Counted from the first letter of the stretch, positions 28,201 through 36,919 are shown. The stretch is 64,000 bases of DNA from a virus (IMGVR_UViG_3300020438_000019:16894-80893); one strand, 5' to 3'. Notes: a model not told the origin generated them from the sequence alone. A program made the numbers and translations.

Positions 28201-28331
28201 GTGACGGTATCTATCCAAATGGACCTGACCTTCTAACAGTGGTAGGAAACATAGTTGACTCTTCTGGAGTTAATCTATCCAACCCTTACTCAATATCTGC
28301 TAGAATTACATGGCAGGAATCACAAGCATAA
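22212..28331 (+). CDS. large tail fibre-like structural protein (2039 aa)
   Basis: KFRVSNPENLVDTDFEYG, RQTRKYFRYQSGKG and DYSWYGAG motifs of cyanophage fibre-like proteins; repeated beta modules. Confidence 0.75.
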   Translation: MAKTLLFDAVFDASARTVTLHGNKHQRRMLLITNTTDNQIIYNFADPTRTGTFSYDTTTDHTTITLLYDTTSMSDSDTLQILEEDDAVKMEPSETFVDAVSKFRVSNPENLVDTDFEYGPQASKWETIQTINNIPSFFASTSDTTIPFISKVEAVQGNELITVSTSYDHNLTSGVPITVTGLASVTAEGTYIIQAVPTSTSFTYKARSAQPTTRELQGVYTSIIPGKFFQGSQISLDQSIGIVSDLYNYQVTVASIMKLVVTAAPGPEWVIGTVISGVGGGVGKILRIEGVNLYVSTIGGAFVDGEVITGTGIDTIGGTTTLTLEASGGVNADGNKYLIDTTGDGSGELYPAISMTRKGIYTFDQSDTSNTSHNLRWSTTADGTHGGGSAYTTYVYEHGTPGQAGAYTRIYVNNDTPANLYYYCVNHANMAGNAGASISNVDVTDVSYNPITGDMVLTIGSHTLLTGQNIKLKTESIKLTCDYHGDGNTTVKSYPRASGASTSNGADYVYNQAIPIIAKTATTITVNVNGGQGPVTDTSTHVHSGGTASGAVIAGVNAGIAMLAPTTNSKVYLTTVSEHGFADNTNFYFINTVSPKILEVQDPTSTAPDGQAYVDTVLQATVNRDTDMTQYDPYDYESTYTLAFDESQVDYGNNTISFDSNHDLKDGYSVLYYPPPGARPIGDCRRMQVYWIEAVDATTIAFHHSQRRNYGRVNLSNTYTGTWDGNWSYGKHKIGLCYTCYREYKGWHEWTTRIYTYYWQWGSTYSGHDFAQVNGSYGLGQQNWELTAFFSCSRPERGGYGNQHYYYCWPWRHAFGTYWKTYGYHLQSLPRSSSERWQGSYDFITDDGNRGVNTNNYHDYSYGYTIGGLGGHGGSKHYWTSSFYAEGWSGGNYMNIRGNETYWWYYQGWYSQTINQYFRDISTDGGHTMFWILLKRNTSTNDSFYFPNHGFSNNQSVTMSFPSGGEVYYYYDQYGNRTNTSSGTWYIDRIDNNRFRIKSSTGAEPMRLAGVNGQIRFTAILDNPYKNTIYIATNQFSNNEVVKYTGTGGAIGNLTSGNSYYIKTITGDRFQLASSVNGTPISFGNGNTGAGIQEFENTTADFGVVDGSYTTVKAISETELEVSIPFKVPPSVKQFDGSSNDVDTSGDWININNHYYATGTRVIYDNNGNSTIGGLSHNKDYYVVVIDNAHFKLTESLADALASTNIVDITGTSSGFHQLISAALSGEVGGTGTVAVQSGIRRVTGTNAAFQRFFKIGDTIKIVNTTGGTPGVIEGHTITAITDDDNLIVDTPWTFSQSGTNYMIPSYIYVRPDGFFLHRPFDGGMEIGTSKSPNSRISRQTRKYFRYQSGKGIQTSLAINFTPQIPIINLTFATSGSQQIQSCSGTIDTNVLTVADSSVLVVNMPVTGTGVATDSFGNPVKIAEIVDATTVQLSALLTATISSENLTFEPVITAECTTTKPHQLSAGLNIKVIDCDTPEFNTGAKATNVLAVNDEFRFTYLLQETPSQSVGAGFPTLAVLSWNDCAVRAGMFDDQNGFFYEMDGQTINCCRRSSVQQLPGTVSVTKGSQIITGTDTKFTSQLLPKDMIVVRGMSYKVVKVANNTQITVQPSYRGTTNEDVIMTKTIDTKVAKANWNIDTGDGLGKSAYILDVSKIQMCYMDYSWYGAGKIRFGFKDQHGHVKYFHEFKHNNKLTESYFRSGNLPARYEIENGDEPTYVGTLFHWGTSVIMDGTFQDDEAYLFTASGITHKYTNSSANAAQTNGNSAIVEERVNWYYRRYFIRIPFDNGSYGSVLTINTNIYEASVSNGYFQDGRVIDTRSYQSGSTYYVYIKYVEGTSDYFPRNYYSAINSTLGNPAVPSSTTFSVGAPAGNENLIPVDMPLISIRLAPSVDSSITGALGDREIINRMQLKLDSIGILTTHETEISLRLNPSLSTDTFENVENPSLCQLVRHSSSDTLASGSTILSFRASGSGAGQTASTNFDLSKISALGNSILGGDGIYPNGPDLLTVVGNIVDSSGVNLSNPYSISARITWQESQA

Positions 28332-28350
28332 TCTATAAGGAGATACTAAA

Positions 28351-28641
28351 ATGAGTTACACATCAAGAGGACTAGACGGACAGGGTGTTGCTGGCACCCT
28401 GGCCAGTTTAAAAGTAGCACTCGAAGACATGACCCCTGCAAGGTGGGAATGGCACGTTGAGCAAGACGAAGCTACTAGAGTTGCAGACGAAGCTTATTGG
28501 AACAAAGTTGAAAATGAGTGGATTGCATACAAGATAAATTGTGGGGATCTAAATTTTCCACAAATGAGACAAGGTTTTGACTTGTATAACAAGTACGCAC
28601 CAAAGAAACATGCACTAGAGTGGAAAGCAATCACAGGGTAA
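28351..28641 (+). CDS. hypothetical protein (96 aa), possibly fibre accessory
   Basis: AGGAGA RBS; last gene before terminator. Confidence 0.65.
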   Translation: MSYTSRGLDGQGVAGTLASLKVALEDMTPARWEWHVEQDEATRVADEAYWNKVENEWIAYKINCGDLNFPQMRQGFDLYNKYAPKKHALEWKAITG

Positions 28642-28652
28642 TAAAAAAGAAT

Positions 28653-28686
28653 AAAAAAAAGGAGGGGATAAAACCCCTCCTTTTTA
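28653..28686. terminator. bidirectional intrinsic terminator between convergent units
   Basis: A8-GGAGGGG-ATAAAA-CCCCTCC-T5. Confidence 0.85.
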
Positions 28687-29532
28687 TTTGATTACTCCTA
28701 CCAGAGAGTATCTAACACCTTTCTCTTTATCTGCATCATATGATATACAATGCCATCTATTACCTCTGTACATAGAGCACATATTTCTCTCTGCTTTAAT
28801 AAAGGCATACCTTTCAAATCTAGGTAATGGTTCATCTGCAGTGTCTCCAATATAATATACCCAATCAGATATATCAGTTCCTTCTATAGGATTCTTACTC
28901 CACTGTTTTCCATTTGCCCCAACGAACTCATACTTATTACGATATTCCTCACAAGCTATTCTTGATTTTCCAAGTTGTAATGAATTATAAAATGCCTTCC
29001 CATCGGAGGTTACAAATCTTAAAAAGGATGTACCAGTATTATCACATTGAGTAAGATACATGTTACATGCTAGTGAGAATGGATCTATATGTGGAAGCCA
29101 ATTGTTCTGGCAAGATTTCATTCCAGGATAACAGGTATTTGTATAGTAGTTGAATCGAACTTGTTCTCTTTCGTACTTATGCAACCCAGTCGTTTTCCCT
29201 AGCTCGTAAATTTCATCACACAACTTTCTTGCTAATTTTGATTCCAATGGTTGTTGAAACCCAGGAGCATTACTAGCCATGTAGGTGAATCTATCTTTTA
29301 TTATACTTTCTGTCTTATCCTCAGAAGGTATATGTTTTAAGAAGTCTATAATTTCATTCGGTCTTTTGAAGAAGTCTTGAATAACAACATGTTTCAGACC
29401 AGTCTCTTCATCTTTATTATTTTCTATTTCTAGATCATCATTGAGCTCAAATATACTATCTAAATCTCTACTTGTATATCGATTAAATTCCGATATATCT
29501 AGTTTGTCTTTAGTATAATCTCTCATAATCAA
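28684..29532 (-). CDS. DUF6445-like / 2OG-Fe(II) oxygenase-fold protein (282 aa)
   Basis: VVIQDFFKRP, WLPHID (HxD), GTSF, distal RWH. Confidence 0.6.
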   Translation of the reverse strand: MIMRDYTKDKLDISEFNRYTSRDLDSIFELNDDLEIENNKDEETGLKHVVIQDFFKRPNEIIDFLKHIPSEDKTESIIKDRFTYMASNAPGFQQPLESKLARKLCDEIYELGKTTGLHKYEREQVRFNYYTNTCYPGMKSCQNNWLPHIDPFSLACNMYLTQCDNTGTSFLRFVTSDGKAFYNSLQLGKSRIACEEYRNKYEFVGANGKQWSKNPIEGTDISDWVYYIGDTADEPLPRFERYAFIKAERNMCSMYRGNRWHCISYDADKEKGVRYSLVGVIK

Positions 29533-30440
29533 TAGTCACTATCCCATTGCTGTGGAGCTTGTTCTCCTGGTAGTTGTTGCTGTTGTTCTGGCATTTGGTT
29601 TTGTGCCTCTGGATCACCTTGTTGTTGACCTTGAGAAATAATGATATTGGTGTTAAACATATATCTTTCAACTCCCTCAAGACCATTATAGTCATGAGTC
29701 ATCCATTTACCAGCTTTAAAGATAACCATTCTATTTTTCTTTGCTTCTACAAATCTAGTTTTATCGTAGTACTTTGTATCTTCGTATGGTTTAAATGTTT
29801 CTAGTTCTGGTTGGATGGTTACAAAAACATTTAAGTAATCTTTGAGTGTACCTTGGAGTTCTCTATCCTCAATTTTTGAAAGATCTTCTATCTCTTTAAA
29901 TCTTTGACCTTCAAACATAAGATCATAAAAAGATATACCATTTTCAGGATCTATATCATCACCTAAAAATACATTACATGAATACTCAAAATCTAACACA
30001 GGAGCTGGCCATTGTGCACGTTTGTGTATGGTCATATTATCATGTTGTAGATTGCAAGTTACCAATCCACTTCTAGAGAGACTACTCATATAAGCTTTGT
30101 CCTTCAAGTATTCATTAACTTGATGTGGAACAAATTCTGCTTCTATTAGTACCTTGTAAAGATCTTGAAACCATACATCGAAGTATTGGTTTGGAAGTAG
30201 TTGTGTTATACCATTGGGAGTTTTGAACTCAGGCTTATCATTGTTTAGATGCATCATCCTTTTAAGTTCATCAGCACTGTCTGCAGGAAACTTTACAAGG
30301 AAATCAAAAACAGCATCTGGGTCTGTAAAGACATCATCTACAACTACATAGTCACCCATGTCTTGTATATCAATATCTTCATTGATGTCTATTAATTGGT
30401 GAAAATCACACTGGTCTAACTGAGATCGTATATTACTCAT
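29529..30440 (-). CDS. DUF6445-like paralog (303 aa), HxD motif not evident
   Basis: VVVDDVFTDPD, GISFY and KKNRMVIFK parallel the neighbouring gene; Q-rich tail. Confidence 0.55.
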   Translation of the reverse strand: MSNIRSQLDQCDFHQLIDINEDIDIQDMGDYVVVDDVFTDPDAVFDFLVKFPADSADELKRMMHLNNDKPEFKTPNGITQLLPNQYFDVWFQDLYKVLIEAEFVPHQVNEYLKDKAYMSSLSRSGLVTCNLQHDNMTIHKRAQWPAPVLDFEYSCNVFLGDDIDPENGISFYDLMFEGQRFKEIEDLSKIEDRELQGTLKDYLNVFVTIQPELETFKPYEDTKYYDKTRFVEAKKNRMVIFKAGKWMTHDYNGLEGVERYMFNTNIIISQGQQQGDPEAQNQMPEQQQQLPGEQAPQQWDSDY

Positions 30441-30924
30441 TTGTACTCATTTCAAAGTTTTGATCTAATTTTTCTCCTTGAGTTGCAAGACTAGTTGGAC
30501 TTGCCATACCTTGAGCACCAGCATCATCTGCTGCTTGATTAGGGTCTTGACTGACTACAGTCTCCTTCATAACAGGATCTAAATGAACTGTATTCTCTGA
30601 TTGATATCTAGCAACAACATCTAAGTATGCTGCTACAATATCTGAATGAGGTTCATACACTACTCTAACAAAGTTATAAGTGAATTGGAAATCTCTATCT
30701 GCAGACATAGGAGCCCAAAATCTAAATCCAATATCACCTTGAGGTATAGCAGACGGTTCAGGAGCAGCTTCATTCAGATTCTGAGTACTACCAGGCGTAA
30801 AATCTATAGTGTAAGGAGCTTCTACTTTGTATCCCAAAGCTTCATCCTTCTCTTTATCCATTACTTCTTTGATATCACCGATGACTGTTTCACCAGTTTC
30901 CAATACCAATAACTTTATACTCAT
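30433..30924 (-). CDS. cyanophage Sm-like-fold hypothetical protein (163 aa)
   Basis: MSIKLLVLETGETVIGDI...WAPMS...VVYEP pattern; similar N-terminus to the 51480 ORF. Confidence 0.55.
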   Translation of the reverse strand: MSIKLLVLETGETVIGDIKEVMDKEKDEALGYKVEAPYTIDFTPGSTQNLNEAAPEPSAIPQGDIGFRFWAPMSADRDFQFTYNFVRVVYEPHSDIVAAYLDVVARYQSENTVHLDPVMKETVVSQDPNQAADDAGAQGMASPTSLATQGEKLDQNFEMSTNE

Positions 30925-30948
30925 TTTACTTATTCCACATGTGTTATA

Positions 30949-30977
30949 ATTGTACAGTATAACCCGTCTTATGTCAA
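30949..30977 (-). promoter_or_regulatory. sigma70-type promoter for the minus-strand operon
   Basis: Minus strand TTGACA-N17-TACAAT. Confidence 0.75.
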
Positions 30978-30978
30978 G

Positions 30979-31007
30979 TTGTCTTATGACGATAAATATG
31001 TTATACT
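30979..31007 (+). promoter_or_regulatory. sigma70-type promoter with extended -10
   Basis: TTGTCT-N17-TATACT with TGn upstream of the -10. Confidence 0.65.
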
Positions 31008-31029
31008 AGAGTTATTTAGATCTGAAAAA

Positions 31030-31485
31030 ATGAGCGAATCTGGAAAAGGCTTTGCGGATACTACACCAAAAGAGATATCCCCTGATGTGATATATGTTGA
31101 TGAGAAAGGTAAACCTACATCTTATGGACATAAAACAAGTGTTTTAAAACAGCATCCTGATAGGGAAACCCCACCTCTACTGAAAGACATTCCTTTATAT
31201 GAGTTGGTACAAAAGATTGAGAAGAAGCACGGATATAATTTGAATATGGTTGTCGAAGCTTTCTTGAAGAATCAATCAGAAGAGAATGAGCATGTTCGTG
31301 ATAGTGATATTCTAGAAGATGGTATGGTAAGAGCTGATGAAATATATTGGTATTGTGAATTCCAAGAGCAAAAGAAAATCTTTGATCACATTGCTGCTGT
31401 TGAAGCATGGTTCTTAGAAGAAGTAGTATACAATCCTGAAATCCCATATACAGCACCAGAGGAACCAGTTAGTAATGAAGCATGA
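31030..31485 (+). CDS. hypothetical protein (~151 aa)
   Basis: ATG at 31030 downstream of the promoter; the track's TTG start at 30979 overlaps the -35 box. Confidence 0.65.
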   Translation: MSESGKGFADTTPKEISPDVIYVDEKGKPTSYGHKTSVLKQHPDRETPPLLKDIPLYELVQKIEKKHGYNLNMVVEAFLKNQSEENEHVRDSDILEDGMVRADEIYWYCEFQEQKKIFDHIAAVEAWFLEEVVYNPEIPYTAPEEPVSNEA

Positions 31486-32107
31486 TTTAACAAAGGAAGC
31501 ACAAATACATGAGGTATTTCCTAAACTAGTTTGTCGCCATGATAACATAGGTCTGGACTTGATTCCAGACATGCTTGAGATGATGGAAGATATTAAAGAT
31601 CAGACTGCTGGTAATTCAGCTCTTAATGTAAATTCGTCTCATACAACTATAGAAACTCTTCATAGACTACCTGTATTTAAAGATCTAAGTAACGAAATTA
31701 TTAGGGTTGCTAGGGGATTTATGCATGAATATGGTTATGAGGATAAGAGAATAGCTGACCTATTCATGGCTGGTATGTGGTTTAACCATTCAAATAAAGG
31801 AAATTTTATCTTCCCTCATATCCATCATGGAGGATTTCTTTCATGTGCTTATTATTTAAAAGCAAATCCAGAAAGACATAATATTGTTTTTTATGATTTT
31901 ACTAAGAACATATCGGAAGACCCTTATTCATATAATGATCTGAGCTCAGAAGTTTTCTCTATACCATGTAAACCTGGTAGACTCTTAATATTTCATTCAG
32001 ATTTTCCTCATGGTGTCCCTTTGCAAGAACATGAAGAAGAAAAAATCGTTGTATCAACCAATATGATACTGAGAAATGTACCTAGTTGGGAAGGTAGAGC
32101 TGCTTGA
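31475..32107 (+). CDS. 2OG-Fe(II) oxygenase family protein (TIGR02466-like)
   Basis: WFN...PHIH...SCAYYL...GRLLIFHSDFPHGV. Confidence 0.8.
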   Translation: MKHDLTKEAQIHEVFPKLVCRHDNIGLDLIPDMLEMMEDIKDQTAGNSALNVNSSHTTIETLHRLPVFKDLSNEIIRVARGFMHEYGYEDKRIADLFMAGMWFNHSNKGNFIFPHIHHGGFLSCAYYLKANPERHNIVFYDFTKNISEDPYSYNDLSSEVFSIPCKPGRLLIFHSDFPHGVPLQEHEEEKIVVSTNMILRNVPSWEGRAA

Positions 32108-32141
32108 AGCTAAATACCATTAGGAAACTATTGGTATTCGT

Positions 32142-32978
32142 ATGGCTGCTCCTAGCACGAAGGCTGAGTTTAAAGATTACTGTCTGAGACAGTTAGGTGC
32201 TCCAGTCTTAGAAATTAATTTAGATGATGATCAGATTGATGATCGGATAGATGATGCTCTCCAATATTTCCACGAGAGGCATTATGATGGATCTGAGAGG
32301 ATGTATCTTAAGCATAAGTTTACAGAAGCAGACGTAACTAGATTCAACGAGGAGAACGAAGTTCAGTCTACTACTGATCCAGACGGAGCAGGTTGGGAAA
32401 ATAGAAAGAATTTTTTAGAGATACCAGAACATATATTTGGTGTCTCTAAAGTTTATGGTATCAGTTCAAGCTTTGTTCGTAATAGTTTGTTTGGACTAAA
32501 CAACCAGTATTATTTGATGGACTTGTTTTCCTATACTTCAGGAACAGGTCTTGCTTTTGGTGGTGTTGATATGGTCAACTACTACATGGTTAAGCAACAC
32601 TTTGAGACCATTGATATGATTATCAATACAGGATCTTTAGTAAGTTATAGATTTAATACTAGAGCAGATAGACTGTACATTGATATTGATCCAGATAGAA
32701 TAGTTAAGGATCAAATGCTGATTATAGATTGTGAGAGGGCATTAGATCCAGCAACATATACACAGGTCTGGGATGACTTCTTCCTTAAGAAGTATGCTAC
32801 TGCATTGCTCAAGAGACAATGGGGACAGAACTTAATTAAGTTTAATGGTGTCCAACTTCCTGGTGGAGTTTCCATCAATGGAATGCAAATCTACAAGGAA
32901 GGACAGCAAGAAATAGATGAGCTTATGGAGAAGTCCCTCAGCACATTTGAGTTACCACCTCTGGATATGATAGGATGA
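32142..32978 (+). CDS. gp13: neck protein gp13
   Basis: CLRQLGAPVLEINLDDDQ...KRQWGQNLIKFNGVQLPGG; CTAAATA at 32110. Confidence 0.95.
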   Translation: MAAPSTKAEFKDYCLRQLGAPVLEINLDDDQIDDRIDDALQYFHERHYDGSERMYLKHKFTEADVTRFNEENEVQSTTDPDGAGWENRKNFLEIPEHIFGVSKVYGISSSFVRNSLFGLNNQYYLMDLFSYTSGTGLAFGGVDMVNYYMVKQHFETIDMIINTGSLVSYRFNTRADRLYIDIDPDRIVKDQMLIIDCERALDPATYTQVWDDFFLKKYATALLKRQWGQNLIKFNGVQLPGGVSINGMQIYKEGQQEIDELMEKSLSTFELPPLDMIG

Positions 32979-34387
32979 AGAAGGTATACTTTCCTCAACA
33001 CGGTGGTGTTACCACTGAACAGAATCTTGTACAGGACTTGGTTGATGAACAAATCAAGTTGTTTGGTACTGATGTGTTTTATATTCCTAGGAAGATGCTT
33101 AGGGATAAGACTCTCGGTGAGGTAGTACATTCCGAATACAACCAAGCATATATGATAGAGATGCTCTTGGTTAATGTAGAAGGATTTGGTTCTCCATCTG
33201 AATTTATCAGTCAGTTTGGTGTAAGGATTACTGATGAGATTAAGTTCATTCTCTCCAAGAGAAGATGGGAACAGTCTGTAGTACCTTCTGTAGGTCTTAC
33301 TATTACTGATAGACCTAATGAAGGAGACTTAATATACTACCCATTAACAGAGAACGCATACGAGATTAAGTTTGTTGAGAGAGAAACTCCTTTCTATCAG
33401 TTAGGAAAACTCTATTACTATGAGATCACTGCTGAGATCTACGAGCAGGGTTCTGATGAGTTTGATACTGGTATTGCAGAGATTGATGAGATAGAGTTAG
33501 AGAACACATTTGTTACTACACTATCCCTAAGTGCACCACGTACTACTGCTACTATGACTAGTTCTATTGTAGGTGGTGTGTTGGATAACATATCCATCAC
33601 TGCTGGTGGTAGTGGATATAAGACTGCACCTGTAATTACAGTATCAGATCCACCTGATGTTGCTGGAGGAGATGTACCTGCTACTGCTACATGTACAGTA
33701 TTGAATGGTGCTGTTAATGCTTTTACTATTACTCAACCTGGTAGTGGATATACTACTGCACCTACAATAACTGTTGCAGCACCTGAACTATCTGTTGATT
33801 TCCAAGCAAGAGAATATATTGTTGCTGGTAACTTCCAGAATCAAGGTGGTGATAGAATCTGGGCAGCACAAGGAGATGGTCAGATATTTGTAGAACATGC
33901 TTCTAATTTTGATCCAAACTTTGCTACAACAACTTTAGTTAAATACTTCTTCTGGAAGTTTGAAGATCTTAGGTTGAAGTATCGTTACACATATACTGGT
34001 GAGACTCCATCAACAACTAAGGGTGAGTTCTATTACGATTCTGCTAACAGCAGATATGTTATTAACGCATATGAGACTACAACTACTAGTGGTCAGAGAG
34101 CTCAGTTGTTTGATCTTGCTACCAATACTATAGGTGAGGTTTCTGGTTGGAATGGAGGAACCTTAGAGCTTGCTATGATGAATAAGTCTGGTGACTTCCT
34201 AGATGGTGACTTGATTAGAGGGGTAGATTCTAATGCCCTATATACATTAGGATCCTTTAGTACGATTGATAATACTAATTCTGAGTATGATCAGAATAAA
34301 GCAATTGAAACAGGTGCTGATGAATTAATTGATTGGGGTGAAGACAACCCCTTTGGTGAGTTTGGTAATTTTACAGGTAGCTTCTGA
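32975..34387 (+). CDS. gp14: neck protein gp14 with internal insertion
   Basis: EQNLVQDLVDEQIKLFG, RPNEGDLIYYP, PFYQLGK, C-terminal NPFG; synteny. Confidence 0.92.
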   Translation: MKKVYFPQHGGVTTEQNLVQDLVDEQIKLFGTDVFYIPRKMLRDKTLGEVVHSEYNQAYMIEMLLVNVEGFGSPSEFISQFGVRITDEIKFILSKRRWEQSVVPSVGLTITDRPNEGDLIYYPLTENAYEIKFVERETPFYQLGKLYYYEITAEIYEQGSDEFDTGIAEIDEIELENTFVTTLSLSAPRTTATMTSSIVGGVLDNISITAGGSGYKTAPVITVSDPPDVAGGDVPATATCTVLNGAVNAFTITQPGSGYTTAPTITVAAPELSVDFQAREYIVAGNFQNQGGDRIWAAQGDGQIFVEHASNFDPNFATTTLVKYFFWKFEDLRLKYRYTYTGETPSTTKGEFYYDSANSRYVINAYETTTTSGQRAQLFDLATNTIGEVSGWNGGTLELAMMNKSGDFLDGDLIRGVDSNALYTLGSFSTIDNTNSEYDQNKAIETGADELIDWGEDNPFGEFGNFTGSF

Positions 34388-35187
34388 TGTTAGGAACACA
34401 TTTTTATAACGAAACAATTCGTAGAACCGTTGTAGGGTTCGGTACTCTTTTTAATAATATAGAAATTAAAAAGAAAGACCCACTCAACAATGAGGTGATA
34501 GAAACTGAGAAAGTAGCATTAGGTTATGGTCCTAAGAATAAGTTTCTTTATCGTTTATTTGAAAACCCTAAGACCCAAAAGGTTGCTATTACTATGCCTC
34601 GAATGTATTTCGAGATGACTGGTATTGATTACGATTCAGCAAGAAAGACTAGTCCAGTAAGAAAATATAAAAATGTTGTACAGGGTGATGGTAAAGAGGT
34701 AAGGGTACAGTATGTACCAGTACCATACACTCTAGGATTTGAACTTGGAATACTGTCTAAGGATCAAGATACAGGACTACAAATACTTGAACAGATATTA
34801 CCATACTTCCAACCAGCTTTTAATATCACTCTGAACATGGTTCCTGATATGAGTGAGAAGAAAGACGTTGCTATCACTCTCAACTCAATTAATATGGAAG
34901 ATGAGTGGGATGATAGTTTCTTAGAACGTAGGTTGGTAGTATATACATTACAATTTACTGCTAAGACATTCCTATATGGTCCTTACAACAAGGCAGATAT
35001 TATTCGTAAGGCAACTGTATATGAGTCTATTGGTGATAATGCAGTTGGTAGACGTGCTGTTAAGATGGAATACACACCTAAAGCTAAGACAGATAAGAAC
35101 CTAGATGGACAGGTTGATGCTAATGATGATATACTAGTAACACCTGATGATGATTTTGGATTTAATAGTGGGTTTGAAATATTATGA
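34387..35187 (+). CDS. gp15: tail sheath stabilizer/completion protein gp15
   Basis: HFYNETIRRTVVGFGTLFNNI, QILEQILPYFQP. Confidence 0.95.
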   Translation: MLGTHFYNETIRRTVVGFGTLFNNIEIKKKDPLNNEVIETEKVALGYGPKNKFLYRLFENPKTQKVAITMPRMYFEMTGIDYDSARKTSPVRKYKNVVQGDGKEVRVQYVPVPYTLGFELGILSKDQDTGLQILEQILPYFQPAFNITLNMVPDMSEKKDVAITLNSINMEDEWDDSFLERRLVVYTLQFTAKTFLYGPYNKADIIRKATVYESIGDNAVGRRAVKMEYTPKAKTDKNLDGQVDANDDILVTPDDDFGFNSGFEIL

Positions 35188-35606
35188 GCGATCAAATATT
35201 TGAAAAGAACATGGAAGAGATCTTTGATGTTGATGTATCCAACACACCCGAAGGTGGTTGTGCTAAACGTAAGGATCAAATCAGAGATGTCTCAGAGGAC
35301 AGAGATAAAGACTATGAATATACCAGAGGGGAATTGTATAGTCTTATAGATCAAGGTCAGGAGGCGGTCAGAGGGGCGTTAGAGGTCGCACAGGAGTCAG
35401 GGCATCCAAGAGCATATGAAGTTGCTACAAACGCTATGAAGCAGGTAGCAGACATGACTGATAAACTCATGGATCTACAGAAGAAAGTTAAGGATCTAGA
35501 TGAGGATAAGAAAGGTCCAAGTAAGGTTACAAACAATGCTATGTTTGTAGGTTCCACAGCAGAGCTTCAGAAGATGTTAAAACAAATGAATGGTGGTAAA
35601 CGATAA
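35184..35606 (+). CDS. gp16: terminase small subunit gp16
   Basis: DYEYTRG...HPRAYEVA...NNAMFVGSTAELQKML. Confidence 0.95.
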   Translation: MSDQIFEKNMEEIFDVDVSNTPEGGCAKRKDQIRDVSEDRDKDYEYTRGELYSLIDQGQEAVRGALEVAQESGHPRAYEVATNAMKQVADMTDKLMDLQKKVKDLDEDKKGPSKVTNNAMFVGSTAELQKMLKQMNGGKR

Positions 35607-35621
35607 CAAATATATTATATT

Positions 35622-36320
35622 ATGAATCAATTGGAAGCATTAAATCCTTGGCCGACAATCTTTAAGAAAAAATACGACTTTGATTTTGAGAATAAGTTAA
35701 AGACTAAGGTCGTAGATTCTCTTAAAGCAGCAGATGGGTTTATAAAATCAATGGATATACCGACACCAGAAAAATCTGGTGGTGTTACTTCTGTTGTTTT
35801 GTCTCAGAATCCACAACATCCTCAGCCTCATGAATGGCCAGAGTTTGTTCAGTTTGAACAATTCGTTATGCGATCTACAGTTGAGGTACTACGCAAATGG
35901 CATTGTGATCCTGGTGTTGAAAGAGCAGTCATGAAATCATGGATTAATGTCCACCCTCAAGGAGCTTATACCGAAGAACATAATCATCAGGGAGTTCTTA
36001 TGGCTGTTGCTGCTTATTTACATGTTCCAAAGAACGGTGGAAATCTTTTAGTAAAGAATCCATTAACTTCTTATAAGTTTGGAGAACCAATACATCGTCA
36101 ATATTTTAGTGAGTCTGAAGGAAGAGATGGATTGGAATGGACACAAATACCTGTTGAGACAGGAGATGTGTTATTCTTTCCAGGATGGTTAACCCATAAG
36201 ACACAGAAAAATCTGGCCAAAGAAAATAGATTTGTTATGTCTTGGAATGTATCGTATGCAACTGATGCTCAAATGGAAGTAGCCTATAGGAATAAATATT
36301 CAAGGAGACCTAATGGTTAA
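35622..36320 (+). CDS. 2OG-Fe(II) oxygenase family protein (TIGR02466-like)
   Basis: SWINV...EHNH...GDVLFFPGWLTHKT...RFVMSWN. Confidence 0.8.
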   Translation: MNQLEALNPWPTIFKKKYDFDFENKLKTKVVDSLKAADGFIKSMDIPTPEKSGGVTSVVLSQNPQHPQPHEWPEFVQFEQFVMRSTVEVLRKWHCDPGVERAVMKSWINVHPQGAYTEEHNHQGVLMAVAAYLHVPKNGGNLLVKNPLTSYKFGEPIHRQYFSESEGRDGLEWTQIPVETGDVLFFPGWLTHKTQKNLAKENRFVMSWNVSYATDAQMEVAYRNKYSRRPNG

Positions 36321-36370
36321 CGATTCAACACGTACCCCTGCACCTTACCAGAGGTATGATATAACTAATA

Positions 36371-36556
36371 ATGCAGTCAAGGACTATCATGCAGTTTAAC
36401 GAACGAGAGATGAACCGTATTTTACTAGCGGTTGAACACTACAGAAATTGTGTTCAATCTAAACCAGATGAGTACGATAAAATCATCGATAAGCTACATT
36501 CCTACGAAAAGGAATATGAATGTCCAGATTGTGTCCTATGTACAATTCACCAATGA
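36371..36556 (+). CDS. hypothetical protein with CPDC motif (61 aa)
   Basis: ORF track; ATGA overlap with next gene. Confidence 0.55.
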   Translation: MQSRTIMQFNEREMNRILLAVEHYRNCVQSKPDEYDKIIDKLHSYEKEYECPDCVLCTIHQ

Positions 36557-36714
36557 AACATTACACCGTTGGTTACCATGACTATGAGTTACACACTCAT
36601 GAAATCTGCGAGTATGCAGATGATTCTTATGAAGCAGGTAAAGATGCTATAGAAGATGTTCCTTATCTTCATGACCATCCAAACGCAATAGATTATATTT
36701 TACTAGATGCCTGA
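36553..36714 (+). CDS. cyanobacteria-like His/acidic small protein (53 aa)
   Basis: MKHYTVGYHD...EICEYADDSYEA...DVPYLHDHP; resembles small picocyanobacterial hypotheticals. Confidence 0.65.
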   Translation: MKHYTVGYHDYELHTHEICEYADDSYEAGKDAIEDVPYLHDHPNAIDYILLDA

Positions 36715-36919
36715 GCAACAAAAACTTAAATTTTCTATCAGACAAGACGGTACTGTAACTGAAGAAGTTATCGGTACTGTCCGTTCTGAATGTATTTCAT
36801 TGACAGAACAGATTGAGGAAAAGCTTGGAGTCTTACAGACTCGCCAATTTAAACCCGAATTTTATTCTAACAATGTCGCACTTCAGCACAATCAAAACAA
36901 AATTGAAGAACAAACCTGA
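36707..36919 (+). CDS. DUF2997 family protein
   Basis: KFSIRQDGTVTEEVIG...C..LTEQIEEKLG...KPEFY; adjacent to Ycf35-like gene. Confidence 0.8.
   Translation: MPEQQKLKFSIRQDGTVTEEVIGTVRSECISLTEQIEEKLGVLQTRQFKPEFYSNNVALQHNQNKIEEQT

Noticed and set aside
11494-28331. Diversity-generating retroelement suggested by the Mtd_N-like domain and near-identical repeats
   Set aside because: No reverse transcriptase in the window; repeats are all in-frame within one gene and mismatches include T/C changes, so they are not adenine-specific template/variable pairs.
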